From: Podospora anserina
Lineage: Eukaryota
Assembly (NCBI GenBank): GCA_017654855.1
Contig: CM030336.1
Coordinates: 4,402,001 to 4,466,000, forward strand
Length of the DNA stretch: 64,000 bases
Direction: 5' to 3'
The position numbers and the translations under genes were made by a program. Below, piece after piece: positions 26,187 to 39,819 of the stretch; within the stretch, counting starts at the first letter, position 1; each line of letters begins with the position of its first letter. The notes below the pieces were generated by a model, which was given only the letters and a program-made list of their open reading frames with translations, searched no databases and had not been told where the DNA came from.

Positions 26187-27456
26187 ATGACTAGCCTGCT
26201 CGATGAGCTCAGGGGACTGAGCTCCGTTGCTTGTGACACTCTTGACGCCGAAGGTGAACATCCCAGGTCTCCTCAACACACATTCTCACTGACCTGATTC
26301 CCCTGTGTAGTCGCCTCCAGATTCGGCCCATTTGTAGATTGTACCTCCAATCAAGTAAGTCTTTTCAACATGGCAACATCCCACCAATCGTACTGACAAA
26401 GATGTGGATAGGCCATAGCATACAATGAACTCAGCAAACTCGACTCAGACGGCAAGCTGGTCTACCAGCAACTCATACACGAGTCCATCGAGGTAGCCCA
26501 CTGGATGTTTGCCAAACAATCCGACGCCACCCTCGAAGAGCTCGCCGTCGAGCTCATGGTATGTTCTCTCCCCTCTCTTTCCCCCCTTCCCGCAATAAAG
26601 ACTAACACCCTCAAGATGGTCAACCTAGCCCTCCTGATAGCTCCTCACATCACCGGCCGTCTGCACATCCAGACGAACCCCAAGCTAGCTTACTCGACAG
26701 CCAAGACTATCAAAAATGCAGAACGTACGTGTTACCATATCCTCCCTCAAACGCTCAAATACTGATTTCAGCATAGGAGTCCACTCCCACTTCACCCACC
26801 TCTCCCCCTCCCTTTCCCCCAGTAGAATCTGCATCAAAATCCCCTCCACCCACGAAGGCCTCCTCGCATGCCGACACCTCGAAGCAAAGGGCATCACCAC
26901 CCTCGCCACGACGTTGTTCTCTCTCGAACAAGCCATCCTCGCCTCTGCGTCCTCCTGCCGGTATGTAGCCCCTTATGTCAACGAATTAAAAGTCCACTTT
27001 GAGCAAGGGTACGTCGACCCGGACAGGGACAACTCCCTTTTTCTTTGCGGGGTGATACAGGAATATTTCCGGAGGAGGGGGGTCGAGAGGACGGAGGTCA
27101 TGGCGGCGAGTTTTGTGACGGTGGAGGAGGTGATGCAGCTTGCGGGGGTGAGGAATTTGACGGTTTCGCCTGGGTTGTTGGAGGTGCTGGCGGGGACGAA
27201 GGTGGAGGGGTGGACGGGGGCGACGGTGGGGATGGTGGGACGGTGGGTTGGGGGGGAAGGGGGGTGGGATGAGGGTAGGGTTAGGGAGGTGGAACGGGTT
27301 GTAAGAGAGGGGGATGAGGGGGGGTGGAGGATGGCTTTTATGAGGGCGGAGGGGGGGAGGGCGGAGGGGAAGTTGGTGCAGGCGTTGAATTTGTTTGTGG
27401 GGGTGCAGGAGGGGTTGGAGGAGGTTGTTAGGCGGGGGGTGAAGCAAGGGCTATGA
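26187..27456 (+). CDS. Transaldolase/fructose-6-phosphate-aldolase superfamily protein, 5 exons
   Basis: ATG at 26187 (MTSLLDELRGLSSVACDTLD); DCTSNQ; Schiff-base Lys region ICIKIPSTHEG; YVAPYVNEL; VMAASF; four short GT-AG introns. Confidence 0.85.
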
Positions 27457-28440
27457 GGGGGGGCGGGTGAGGTTGTGGTGAGTGCACAAGGGTTGATGGT
27501 TAGCTCTGAGTGATGACGGGACTGGGCGAATAACATCCATGGCCCCATTCAGCTTCTCAGTGTCTCTACTGGTGAGCGGCGAGGCTATGTGCCGAGTCCA
27601 CGAAATGAGAAGCCCAGAACCTCCTTCATCAACACCAATCCTCTCGACAAGTTGGTGAGCCAATCCATCGTCCCAGATATCATTTTCAGCCTCTGAGCCA
27701 GCTAGTCAAATTCCCGATCCATGTCTCGGCTAGTCAACACCAACTTTGTGACCTTTCTCCACATTCAAGTGTAAGTTGCCAAAAAGGTGCCGTTGTGGCA
27801 CAGTTGGGTCTATCAAAAGCCAACCAACGCCAACAACATTCCAGCTGCATCTCCAATTACAAGTTGAAATACTCGAAATTATGGAGCTGAGATATCTCAA
27901 ACTAAAGCGTGGAAAAACTTGCAAGCTGAACCAATTCTTGTGGCACGGTTCACCTTGGACCTTTTGACGCCTCTACTAGTGTAAGTGAGCTGACATGTTA
28001 CACTGGCGGGGGGGGGGGCGGGGGAGGGCGGTTTCAGGGTGCTTTGCCGTATGCGTATTGATGTTCTTTTTAAGAATCATTCATTCAGGTCCTCGCCTTT
28101 GACGTGCGTTTTCGAAAGAACATGTTGCCTCATTATGATTGATGAACCAACCAATAGCTTAAGGCGGCTAGTCACAAACCTCGTTGTATGAATGAGGTCT
28201 TGATTGACGCCGTTGCACCTAGTCCGAATATTCCCCAGTCTTTATATCAATCGATAATGCTTAGCTCCCGACAACTTGAGGCTGAAAAGAAAAATCGAGA
28301 GCAGCACTATCTGACCTTTCAATTCGCACCATCCAAGCCTTCCTCCATAAAACCAAAAAAAAATGCAACAGGACATCACCATCTCTCAAAAATAGGAAAA
28401 ACTCCTCCAAAAAGGAGTTCCTCCCTAAGGGAGGATGGTC

Positions 28441-28531
28441 GGGGCCACCCGGGGATTGAACCCGGGACCTCTCGCAAGCAATGCTGTAGGGTGAACCCTA
28501 AGCGAGAATCATACCACTAGACCAGCGGCCC
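28441..28531 (-). tRNA. tRNA-Pro(AGG) with 19-nt intron
   Basis: GGGCCGC/GTGGCCC acceptor stem, TGGTCTAGTGGTATGA D-arm, CTCGC-TTAGGG[intron]T-GCGAG anticodon arm, GGTTCAATCC T-arm. Confidence 0.95.
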
Positions 28532-29182
28532 TTGTTGTGTTGTGTTTTCATTCTTCCAAACCTCAACTTTTGTGGGTGGGTGGATGGCGGCGGAGGGCTC
28601 CATCCGCATGCATTTGTGGAGTACTCGGTATGAGTCAGTCCGAGTTGCTTCTCTTGGTTCTCGGCAGTGTCAACAACAACCGCAGACCAAGCATCTGGAA
28701 AACCAATCTCATGATGTAAAAAGTATCACCGATGCAGTGCGGTGTCACCTCCCAAATATGTTAAATGTATGCACCAATCAAATGCGCTCAACATCAACCC
28801 CAAGTCAACACACACACAACACCACACAAGCATCATCATCAAACCTCAAACTTCATATATCATCTACTTTACACCTCCCCAACCCCATAAACTATACACA
28901 AATTCATCATCAACTCTTGCTCTCTCATAAAACAAACGCCACCCCTCAACCCAAAATAAACAATAATTACTCAACCCCCAACCATCCCCCTTCGCAAAGC
29001 AATAATGCATTAGTGTGCATGTTGATATAACACAGAAACACACCCACCCCGACCGGTCTCATGCCCCTCAAACTAATCAACACCCTCAAACTTTGTACCC
29101 AGTCCGGTCCGGTTCATCAGTAAGCAAAACTCCTAAACTCCAAATCACCAAACAGAATCCCCCTCGGTGATATGCAAACCCC

Positions 29183-32100
29183 CTACCGCCAAACCATACT
29201 AGGCCTGCTCCTCAAACTCCCCCCTCCCGTCCTCGTCCCCCCATCCTGAGCCTGCCCCGAAAAAGCCTGAATGGTAACCCTTCTAGCTTTCCCATCCCCA
29301 ATCCCCGGCAGTCCACCAATCCCCGGAAACGGCGGCCCCGGCTGCCTAGCCCTCGAACTTCCCGGACTATGCCCCGGCCCATCCTTGTTCCTCAAACTGC
29401 CACTACCCCCCATATTCATCCTCCTCGCCTGACCCTGCGTAAGCCTACCGTTCGTCCCCACCGAAGCAACAGCGCTGTTCAGGCTCAAAAACGACAATTC
29501 CCCTCCCTTACCCGGGGGAGAGCAGCTGATAGGCGGCGACCTTCTCCTCTCCGCACTCCCGCGGCGATGGCGCGAGATGCCATTGGATGCGGCGGCCGAT
29601 GTGGCTGGGCCCGAGCACGACAGCGAAGCCCGGTGTCCCGATACTGACCCCACTGTCGACACGCGCTTGGCGTTCGAAGAGGCGGTGCCAGACATCAGAG
29701 ACAGGCGCTCCTTGCGCTTGTGCGAGTGCAGAGCACTTCTGATCTTCAGCGGGTCGAGGGTGGACGACTCCGAGTCGGAACCCGAGCCGAGCGATGCTCT
29801 CGGTAACCTGGAAATGCCCGATGGCGACAGGCGCTGGGGCTGTGGCGGCTGTGGAGACTCATTCTCCTTCAGGGTAGAAAGAATGGAATTATTGGAAAGT
29901 TTGGGGCTCACACTTCGGTATTGAGGAGGCGACAAGCTGTTGCCTGCTCTACTTACGGGAATGCTGCGCAGCGGCGACGGTTTATCCTCGACATCGCTCG
30001 ATCCGGTCAAGTTCAACGTAAAGGTAGGCGGTGGTGGTGAGCTGGTGCCAATCTGTGACGTGCGGGACTTGGAAAGGAACCCAGCCTGGAATCGGTTCGT
30101 CGAGGGCTTGCTGACACGAAGGGTCGATACGTCGGGCAGAGACATGATTGAGTCGTCATCATTCGGAGATTCGCAGGCTGTGGGTGCGGGAACCGGGGCT
30201 GGGGCTTCCTTGGGCGGCGGCGAATCCGGGTGGTTGAGGTATGAGGGAGCCGGGGGAGGAGCCGGAAGGGACTTTTCGGTGGTATCGATAAGGGAGGCCT
30301 CGGCCGGGGAAGAAAACTTCTGGGGCGTCTTCTCGAAGTCAGCCAGGGTTCCATCCTCCGTCTCGTCATCGCGCCAGCGGACAGAATTCTTCTTTTTGAC
30401 AGGCGTGAAAGACACACCCTTCCTGGCGGTGCCGACCTTACGGCGTCTCGGGGATGAAGCTCTCATCGGAGAGACAAGTACCTGCTGTTGCGCTGTCGAC
30501 AGTGCGGCCAGACCTAGGGGCGCCGGGATGGGTTTGAGGTTGTGGACGCTGAGCGACTTCTTACGCTTGGGGGTCCCGCGCTTGGTGGGAGGGAACAGCT
30601 CGACGGGCATCATGGATCCGTCCGGCTTGACGACGTGGGAGGCTGCCGAGTATCCGGTTTCCAGGAGACGGCTGATAATCCCCTTGGCGTGAGTAATGGC
30701 TTCTTCCTCACTCATGTTGAGCGTTTCAGACAGCGACGACAGAATCTCAAACTGAGCCGTCATCAGGACCTGGAGCACAGCCGCATCACCGGCCTTGTCC
30801 TGCTCCAATACTTCCCAGTAAGCGTCCCGCACAAATGCAGTCTTTAGTGACTCGGCTTCCCGTGTCAACGTGTCTCTCTCCGACGTGTCAGCAATCCCGT
30901 CGCCCTTTGGTAGCTGCCCTAGACTGTGGTGCAGTGCCGAATCCAACGCCCTCTCCCAGTTTGACCTTTCCATCTTTTGCCGGATATGATGTCTGCTGCT
31001 TTCCAGCTCGACCAGAACCCCGTGCGCCGTCTTGCGCATAGCCGACAAGTTGGACGGCATCGCATCCTCGTCACCCCTGGAATCGCACACAGCATCGAAA
31101 GCAGCAATCCACGCTGACAGGAGCCCGCACCTTCTTTCAAAGATCTTGAGCTTCTTCATCATGTTGACCTTCTCCTGCCTCTCCTGCGCCGCATTTTCAT
31201 ATGCTGCACGCAGCCTGGCAATTCCTTCCTTGACAATCCCATCCCGCTTGTCCATCTGCTTTTGAAACTTGGTGAAGAAGATCTTCTCGGCATCCTTTTG
31301 CTGCGCCTTCAACTCATTAATCATGGCCATCTGCTCGTCAATCTTGACCAAAAAGTCCTTGACGTGGCGGTTGACATTGAAGACATTGCGGGTGACCTTG
31401 GTCTGGATGTTCTTTGCGCGGTTGGCATATCGGAGTGTGTTTTGGGTCTCGTCAAAGTGCTCACTCGACGGGCTGACACACACAATCATGACCGTCTTGC
31501 AGTTTCCACCAAGAGAGAACTTCAAGAGACGTGTGAGCTTGCTGTTGCGGTAGGGAACGTGATTCTTCTTTCGTGGGTCGCACAGCGCATTGATGCAGCT
31601 GCCGAGCGCAAGGAGTGACTTGTTGATGTTGGCGCCCTCGATCAGTCTTTCTCCTCTGTTCTTGGTAGCACTGGCGCGCTCACTTCCGGCAAGATCGATG
31701 ATGCTGAGAGTAGCCATGGTATGTGGTTCGTTGATATCGGCATTGCGGTCCTTCTGGGCGATGTTGATTTGCAGCACGGCGTGGGATCGGGACGAGACGG
31801 CGTTGGCCGCTGTGGGCGATACTGTGCGATACTCGTTACCCTGCACTATCATATCCATAACCTCCTGCACGTTGTTCGGGCGGTGGCTGGTGAGACCGGG
31901 CACCGAAACAGCCTGGTTCGAATCCTCGCGCAACATCAGCCCTTGCTTGCTCCCGCCCGGCACCAACAGATCGCGGATCGTTTCGTTGTAGATTTCGAGG
32001 TAAGAAAGGGTGATCTCGGTGTGCTTCTCATCGCTGCGGTCCTGAATCTTTTCGAACAACTCCTGCATTGTCAAGAAGATAATACCCGGCGACTGGGGCG

Positions 32101-32719
32101 TGCCCGTGATGGTGTGTGTTTTGCCACAGCCCGTGGCGCCGTAGGCAAATACCGTGGCATTGTATCCGTCCAGAACACTGTCCAGCAACCCCCTGGTTGT
32201 TCCTTCGTACAAGTCGGCCTGCGTCGCATTTTCGTCGAATACTCTGTCGAAAGCAAAGACTTGGTCCTTGACCTTCTTTCCGCGGGGAACGACTGATCGG
32301 GAGAACTTTTGGACAGGGTTGTCCTCGGGCGGATCGAAAACTCTGCAGAGTGGTAAGCTCGAGTGTAGACTATCATCTTGTTTGTTGGCACGTACAGGCA
32401 TCTGTCGTCGACGACCTTGATCACTGATCTGAGCCCACGTTGGTGCAGTTTGGGAGTGGGAGCCGCGGCGAGGGAGCCATCGCCAAGAAATACTGTGCTA
32501 TCGTCGTTCCTGACTCTGTAGGGGGGGTTTTGTCAGTTTCCAGACTCGGACTGCTCGAGGGAGGGGCCAGATATGCTCACAGTTGCGCAGCTTCTCGAAT
32601 GGTGAAAGGTCGCACTCGCACTAGTTCCCGTCAGTAGGTAAACAAACACCCAGCCCACCAACTCTTCCTCCGGTGTGTGCCCTACCTGCGACCATAATAG
32701 ACGAGGCATTGGAGTCCAT
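29183..32719 (-). CDS. Kinesin-8 family motor (Kip3/KipB-like), 4 exons
   Basis: ATG at 32719 (MDSNASSIMVA|VRVRPF); GATGCGKT P-loop, SSRSH, DLAGSER, HVPYRNSKLTRLL; three short 5' introns. Confidence 0.93.
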
Positions 32720-32830
32720 CTTGGGCCCTCTGGGTGCCAGCCGCCCTCGCAGCGCGGGCGACCTGGCAGAATGTGGGACAACAAAGCCGTCAACAAAGGC
32801 CCTTCGGTAGTTTCTCGTTCTGGCGGTGTG

Positions 32831-32869
32831 TGGTGGTGGTGGTGGTGGTGGTGGTGGTGGTGGTGGTGG
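32831..32869 (-). repeat. (CCA)13 microsatellite in the kinesin 5' leader/promoter
   Basis: (TGG)13 run on + strand. Confidence 0.9.
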
Positions 32870-33391
32870 GTGGGTGTATGTGATGCGACGAGATAAAGGT
32901 AAACCAACAAGAAAAGAGCGGAAAGGAAAGAAAAGGCACCGTTGCCTCTGTCGAACGCAAGACTCCCAGAAGGAAAGACAGGCGACTCCAGCGAAGGAAA
33001 GGAAAGAAATGACGTCCCGGTCCTGGCTTCGTTTCTTCCTTTAGGTGTCTGAGGCGGCTGTTGATTGGCGCATCTGGCTGTTTTGGACACTCCACTATTT
33101 GGTTTCCACGGCGACGTGGCTAGTGCAGTCTGTGCTGGCACCAGCCCCACTTTGACCCCGCCGGCTTCAGGCACAAAACGCCTTGGCACCGCTGGGCACC
33201 TGATGACACTTGGGGCCAATTGCTTGTTTTGACTGCCTGAGGCTTCACTTAGACCAAATTCACAGCTGCCTTTTCAAGATGACTTCAAGTAGGTCTCATT
33301 TACAACTACGTATACAAATAATCATACCATCTCCGCTCCCCTTCATATACTCATGTCATCTTTAACCATTAATCCACCAGCCAACACCCCC

Positions 33392-36300
33392 CTACTGCCC
33401 ATGGCCCCCCTTCGAGTCCCCCTTCCACCCCCCAATAGTATCAACCTCATTCAAAATCGTCGTCCCATTATACCCCCCAACCTCATCCCTCCCCACCGAA
33501 AAGCTCTCCGGCGGCCCAAAATAACTCTCCCTCACCCCTCCCACATCAATCACAACCTTCTGCACCACCACCCCCGGCATCAGCGCCCAGATCCTCAGCG
33601 TATACGCCCCCTCCCTCGGCACCTCAAAAATACTAGTAGTGTACCGTCCCCTAGCACCCCAAACCTGATCCGCCACCGCATTCTGCCACCCAGCCGGCAT
33701 CCCCGTCCCCACCGTCGGCCCAACAGGCCTCACATTCACCACCTTTTCGTCTCCCCCTTTAGGGTACAACGCCACGGCATACTCAAGCGGGTTGTAATCA
33801 CCTAGATAGTTCAGCGCCGGGGAGATGTAAAGCGTGACATTAGCAGCCGAGTGGTTGCTGAAAAAGTAAACATCATACTCCAACGCCGGGGCGGTCTCGA
33901 CAGTAAGTTTCTCCGTGTTGAGGGGCACCATACCCACACCTGAACCAGTTCGGCCAAAGTGAGGGAAGACCTCGTACGTGACGTTATTGCGGTTCCATTC
34001 CGACTCTTCCTTGGGGGGGATGATGGCCTTGAAGTGGGAGCCCGAGATCGAGACGTGGCCGTCCGACTCGACGAAACCCTCTGTAAAGTTAGAGGGGAGA
34101 GAGCGGAGTTTGACGGGGACGTTGACGCGGGGGAGACCGAAGCCGTATCGGTCCATGCCGCGGCAGGGGGTGGTGACGTTGATGGGGACGGTGGAGGAGT
34201 TGATCTGGGGGTGGGCCCAGTCGATGGTAATGTACACCCTGGTGTCGGCCGTGTCGGGGCCGACGGTGCCGTTGTACTGGGAGAGCTTGACCCACGGTTG
34301 CCAGGGGGAGGCGGTCCAGGCGCAGTCTTGGGTGCCGCGGGAGAAGACGTCAAAGTACCTGGTGATGGGGCCATAAGGTTCCATGACTGGGACGGAGAGC
34401 TGGTTGGCCGAGTTGGGGTGGTACTTGTCGTCTCCCTGGACGGTGGCGTTGGAGCCCTCGACACCGATACCGACGTGGCCAGCGAGGGAAGCAAAGTCGG
34501 TTTGGACGTGGACCATAGCAGGGAGGGTGTTCCTCATGGGCTGCTGCCAGTAGCCATCAAAGCCGAGATGCGTCTGGTCCATGAAATGCTTCCACTTTCC
34601 ATCCAACAGCGCGTCCCATCTCCTCGTCAGGTTGGCATCTTCCGAAGACCAAGACAACACCTCCGAAATGACCTTGTTCGCCGCGTTCCTCTTCTGGCCC
34701 GAGTAAAACATATTCCTCGCGCCCCCAATCTGAATCTTGTTGACGATCTCCCCCGCCATGATCGGGTGAAGAATCGTCTGGAAAAACGTCGGCTGCTGCT
34801 CAACCGGCAGATCATCATAAATCGCCTGAGCCTCCTTGTGCAGCTCCGCCCACTGATACAACACCGCATCCGCCTCCCCGTAGTTGATCTGCGAATACAC
34901 ATGTGGCTCGATCAACTCAAACTTCCTCCTCCCCGCCAACATCCCATACCTCTCCAAGATATCCCCAATATGCACCGCATGCTTCGGCCCATACTCCCTC
35001 GTAGCAAACAACCTCGCCCACTCCTCCGTGCTATCCTTATGCCACCTCTTGTAATCATACGCCAGATCAAAGTAGTGACTGATCGGCACCTCCAAAGCCT
35101 TCATGTCCCCCACATTCACAATCCAAATCCTATCCGCCCCCCTCGCCGCCGACAAATGCATCTGCTCCGTCGTCTTGCTCAGCTGGTTCGTGTTAATCCA
35201 CTTGTAACTCCTCGTATCCCCCACATAATCAAAGTGATAGTAAACCCCCGCACCCCCCGACCGCTCCGTCTCATTCAACAGCGGCAACCGCCTCACATTC
35301 CCCCAGTTATCATCCGCCCACAAAAGCGTGATATCCTCCGGAACCTCCAACCCCGCAAACAAATACGTCATGACCTCCTTGTACAAACACCACGCCTGAG
35401 GAACAGTAGTAACATCCTCCACCTCGAGCCCCTCAGCCATAATCTTCCGCTGGTTGTCCACCAAAACGGTCAACATCTCGACAATGTGCTCAACCCCCAA
35501 CCCCTCAATGTGCGTATCCCCCGTCCCCCTCATCCCCACAGTCCACAAGCTGTTCCTCGCATAAGGCTTCGCCCGTTGAACTCCATACCGGAAATACTCA
35601 TCAATCGTCTCATTATTCTCATTATACGCCCACGGCAACGGGTAAAATTTCCCAAACTCATTCTGCGCCCTCATCAACGGCTCGGTATGGCTCGTCCCAA
35701 GCACAATCTCAAACGCATCCGCCAGAGGTTGGTTCCCCGGGTCATCAACCATAAACATCGTCGCCCAAAGCGCAGGCCACAGGTAATTCGCCCTGTTGCG
35801 GAGCAAGACCTCAAAGATGAGGCTGTAAAACGCCGGGCCGTAACCAGGACCGTAAGGGGTATCCTCCCAGTGGGAAGCAACCCAGTTGGTGAGAGCGGGC
35901 TGCTCATCGTTGAGGAAAAAGCCGCGGTACTTGACTGTGGGGGAACCCTGCACCTTCTTGTTCTTGATGACATAAAGGTTCTTGCTCTTCTTGGGCGGGG
36001 TGTCGGCCCAAAAGTACCACGGGCTGACGCCGATTTGCTCGCTGACGTCGTAGATGCCGTAGATGGTGCCGCGGGGGTCGGCGCCGGCGATGACCAGGGC
36101 TTTGGCGGTGCCTGGGATGGGGTTCTCGACCACCTGGCTGGTGAATGCTTCCCACTTGCCCTCCGTCTCGGAGACGTCGACGGCCCCCGAGGCAATGAGG
36201 GCGTCGATGATGGCCGAGTGACCGATAGTGCCGGCAATAATAACAGTGTCGGCCGGGGATGGTTCAAAAAAGTCTGGGCCGGTGAAGTTGGCTGTGCCCA

Positions 36301-36675
36301 GGGTAGAGAACTGTGACGTTGTCAGTAAATTAGGCCTTCATTTCCCGAGCTGTTCTGACGACTCACAAAGGTGTTGTTCTTGTTGTTGATGGGGTTATAC
36401 GTGTACGTAATCGGGGCCGCGCCAGCCTCGCCATTGCTGACAGTGTAGTTGATCCCCGTGACCCTGCCGAAATCCCGAGCAAGATCGTGGGCAGCACGGA
36501 CAACACCCCAGTACTCATCCGGAGCCACAAGAATCTGGCCCGTAGACACAGATCCGCCGGCAATCTGGAGAACAGAACCAGTGGCATTAGGAGAAATGAT
36601 GCGTTCCTGGCCCAGACCTGCCACCACGGAGCTGAAGGCGAGCCAAAGGGCTCCCTTCACACCCGTAGCGAACAT
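33392..36675 (-). CDS. Secreted GH115 xylan alpha-1,2-glucuronidase, 2 exons
   Basis: Signal peptide; GVSPWYFWAD, YRGFFLNDE, ANYLWPA, GTSHTEP, GMRGTGD, LWADDNWG, GVYYHFDYVG, WIVNVGDMK; intron 36366..36311. Confidence 0.92.
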
Positions 36676-38612
36676 CTTGGATGACGAGCTTGATGTTCAG
36701 ACCGGGATTGCTCAGCTACACCCAGAAAAAGGGGCAACAAGATCGAGATGGGTGAACAAGCAGGAGAGGCGAGGCATTCCCGGGGAAGGCACACCGTACA
36801 TGATATAATACACCCAGCTTCCTGGATATGCAAGGCACCGAACGCTCCACTGGGAGGCAATATGGCAAACCACATGGCCTCGCATGGCCCAGAAGGGGTA
36901 TGTTGACCGGTTTTCCTGGGTAAATAGATTAACCACGAGCCACCTCCTCATGGCGAGGTCGTATCCGTTACCCCTCCGAAGGTAAAATGGTATACCGGTG
37001 CAGAAGAGTGCAACTGATCACTACTGGAAACTACCCGTGGTGTAATTCGCCTCCAGCCATCACTCGATATTGGACAAATACCAGCGCTGGAAAGCCAAGA
37101 ATATGGTAGAGACCCCCAAGACCCGGGTGAACGACGGGATGGCGGGTAAAAGGAATCATGAGCGGAGATCACTTGCAACTCGCAAGCTAAGCCCTGGGAG
37201 ACATCGACGACATCACCAAGGTCCTCGCCAGCCACTCGAGTACCGCGATCAAATGACTTGGCAATGGTAGGCGGAAGTGCGTTCGCCGTTCCTAGGGCCA
37301 ACGGCTTTCCTCGGCACCGCTCTTCTAGAAGGTTATTCCCGCAGCCCGTAAGACAAAAAGGTGGGGGAGTGCTAGCCAGGAGCGAAGCAAGGTATATGGT
37401 CGTAGTACCTTATGCATGTTGAGGTGTGCTCATGAGGGGATGGCGGGGAGTAGATCTTCTTAGAAAATTGGAGACGGGTCAACAAAGCTAAAAATTGAGC
37501 TGAACAAGTGGTAGGGACTTCGATGCTTTATCCGACATGGACTCTAGGTCCTCATTTTCTAATTCGGGAGCCTAATCCCATACTGCTAATTGTTGTGAAA
37601 TAACGACAAACGGGAGGATATTAAAGCAATGAAGAGTTACCCATGTGAAAACTAATTGGAGAAGGCGGACGGCGGACGGCTGAGTGGAAAAGGCGGAGGC
37701 GGAGACGTGAGGTGGTGCTGTGGGGTTGGGGAGGCGGGACTCGCAGAGTGACGTTGGGCGTTTAGCCGCCAATTCCATGTCTTGGCTCACATCGACAACC
37801 ATTTTAACCTTTCGGAAATGGCAAGACGACACCAGTTACCAGGCTCACTCGTGGGCCGGTGGTGAATGTGATGCATCCGATGCCGACGAGCTGCTCCTAT
37901 GAATGGTCCAGATCGACAAGGTGGACCGTGGAGGTGCTTGTTGTTGAGGCATCACTTCCTGAATCGGACACATCGGGTGTGCTGGTGTGTTGTATGCGAC
38001 GGTGGAGGTATCGAACGGCTTTGCCAACGGCCTTGTCGGGTTTGTGTATGTGGTTGTACACCGGTACGTGGTATGGATGCGTCCTCCTTGCATTATGCTC
38101 AATGGCAACCAAGTTGACATCAGAACTGGGCCACGGTCCGGATCCCGAGTAAGAGACCCTTGATGGCTCAAAGTTGATGGGCACATTACCTGAGTAACCG
38201 GTGAATATGCACCTCGGTCGGTGGATGCATTCATAAACTTCCTCTCCTGAGCACCATTAGCAACGAGCCTGGGAAATGGCAGACTCACCCTCAAACACCA
38301 GGCTCGCGTAGCGCGGATGATCACGTTGGGAACTGAGTACTTTGAGTCGGCATATGTAAACCATCATAACACGCTATGCTATTTTCTGTTCTTAAATTGA
38401 TTGATACATAGAAGGGAACGTACCTAACAGTTCCCACAAGCCTGCCCATTCCCAAACGTCTCTAGACCCAACAAAAAACATACAGCTGCAAGTGCAGCTG
38501 GAGGTTCAAGGTGTATGCCGGTCTCGAGAATTTCCGCAATGGCCGAATCGGAGCTGCCAAATGAAAGCCATCAACGAATCTCTTGATCCAAACGCTCTTC
38601 AACACCAACAGT

Positions 38613-39819
38613 TCACGCCGCCGCCTCCTCAACCCACCGATATCTTGGCAGCAAGGCCATCTTCTCCTCGGGACTGACCTCGGTGTCATCGTACACCATC
38701 CGCATCCCCTTCTTCTTCTTCTCTGTCGGGGCTGGCTGCTCGTCTCCGTTCTTGGCCGGTTTGATGCCCGCCTCAGCCATCCTTATCAGCTGATCGATAT
38801 CATCGCCACCGGGTGCTCTACCGGCATTGGCCGCAGATTCGTCGACTGGTGAAGCACCTGGGAAGCCAGGAGGGGCCACACCACCGGGGTACGGGTAAGA
38901 AGGTCTCTGCGGGAGTGCCGAAGGGATCGGGCCACCACTTGGAGGTCTCGCCGGGAGGCTGCCAAAAGCGCCAGGGGCTGCCCCGGGGGGGTAAGCAACA
39001 GGAGGGTATGCTGGGGCTCCTGCAGGATATGGGAAACCTGGCTGCGGTGGAGGGAAAGGAGAAGCCTGTTGAGGGAGTGGTAGGTTAGCACTGCTCTGTG
39101 CACAGAATGAATTGGAATGGCACGTACAACCTGAGATGGACTTGGGCCATTGGCTGGGGCAACAACTGGAAGGGGGGTTCCATTTGCGATCGCTTCCTTT
39201 TGAGCGGCAACCTTTGCGCGATGCTCTGCCAACCGCTTCTTGATCTCCTCGGGAGTCTCGATCTTGATCTTCTTGGTCGGACCTTGTCCACCGGACAGCC
39301 CCCTTGGTGGATTTCCAGTAGCAGCCTGTCGCTCCGCCTGGGCTGTGTAGAAGTTCTGGATGATGCGCTGGTTATGTTGCTGGATGATGTCCTCAGGGAC
39401 GCCCTCCATGCCGAAGATCTCGATGTCGAGTCCTTGCCGGTTAGCCAGAGCATTCTCGACGCTGGTCAGATTTTCCTTGTGGACTTGGTTCATGTGAACA
39501 GAGAGACCTATGAATATGACATTAGCAATTGTGCGGGCTGATAAGAGGCAAGGACTGGATGCGCTCAAGGCGGAGGGCAGTACATACCACCGGCGGTGTT
39601 CAATCGTTTGCCACATCGTTCACATTTGAAGTGCTTCGCTTTCTGATGGGAGATCAGGAGCTTCAGATCCTCAAAGTCTCTCTCGCCTGGGAAGTGTTAG
39701 CCAAAGACAATAATCCAATCAATCACAATCTGTCGCGAGAGGGTCTACGAACAGTAGTAGCACCACGGCCGGGCCAGGAGCTCTTCAATGTCCGGGTGTC
39801 CGCGCTTCTTCTTGCCCAT
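38613..39819 (-). CDS. ZNF207/BuGZ-like C2H2 zinc-finger protein, 4 exons
   Basis: Spliced [60 protein letters not shown]-terminal [13 protein letters not shown]; introns 39752..39687, 39587..39508, 39127..39066. Confidence 0.88.

Noticed and set aside
32533-33219. 228-aa ORF with a poly-His tract
   Set aside because: Produced by the CCA microsatellite in the kinesin leader; it overlaps the true first exons in another frame
33959-36316. 785-aa + strand ORF
   Set aside because: Antisense shadow of the GH115 gene caused by codon bias; no recognisable motifs
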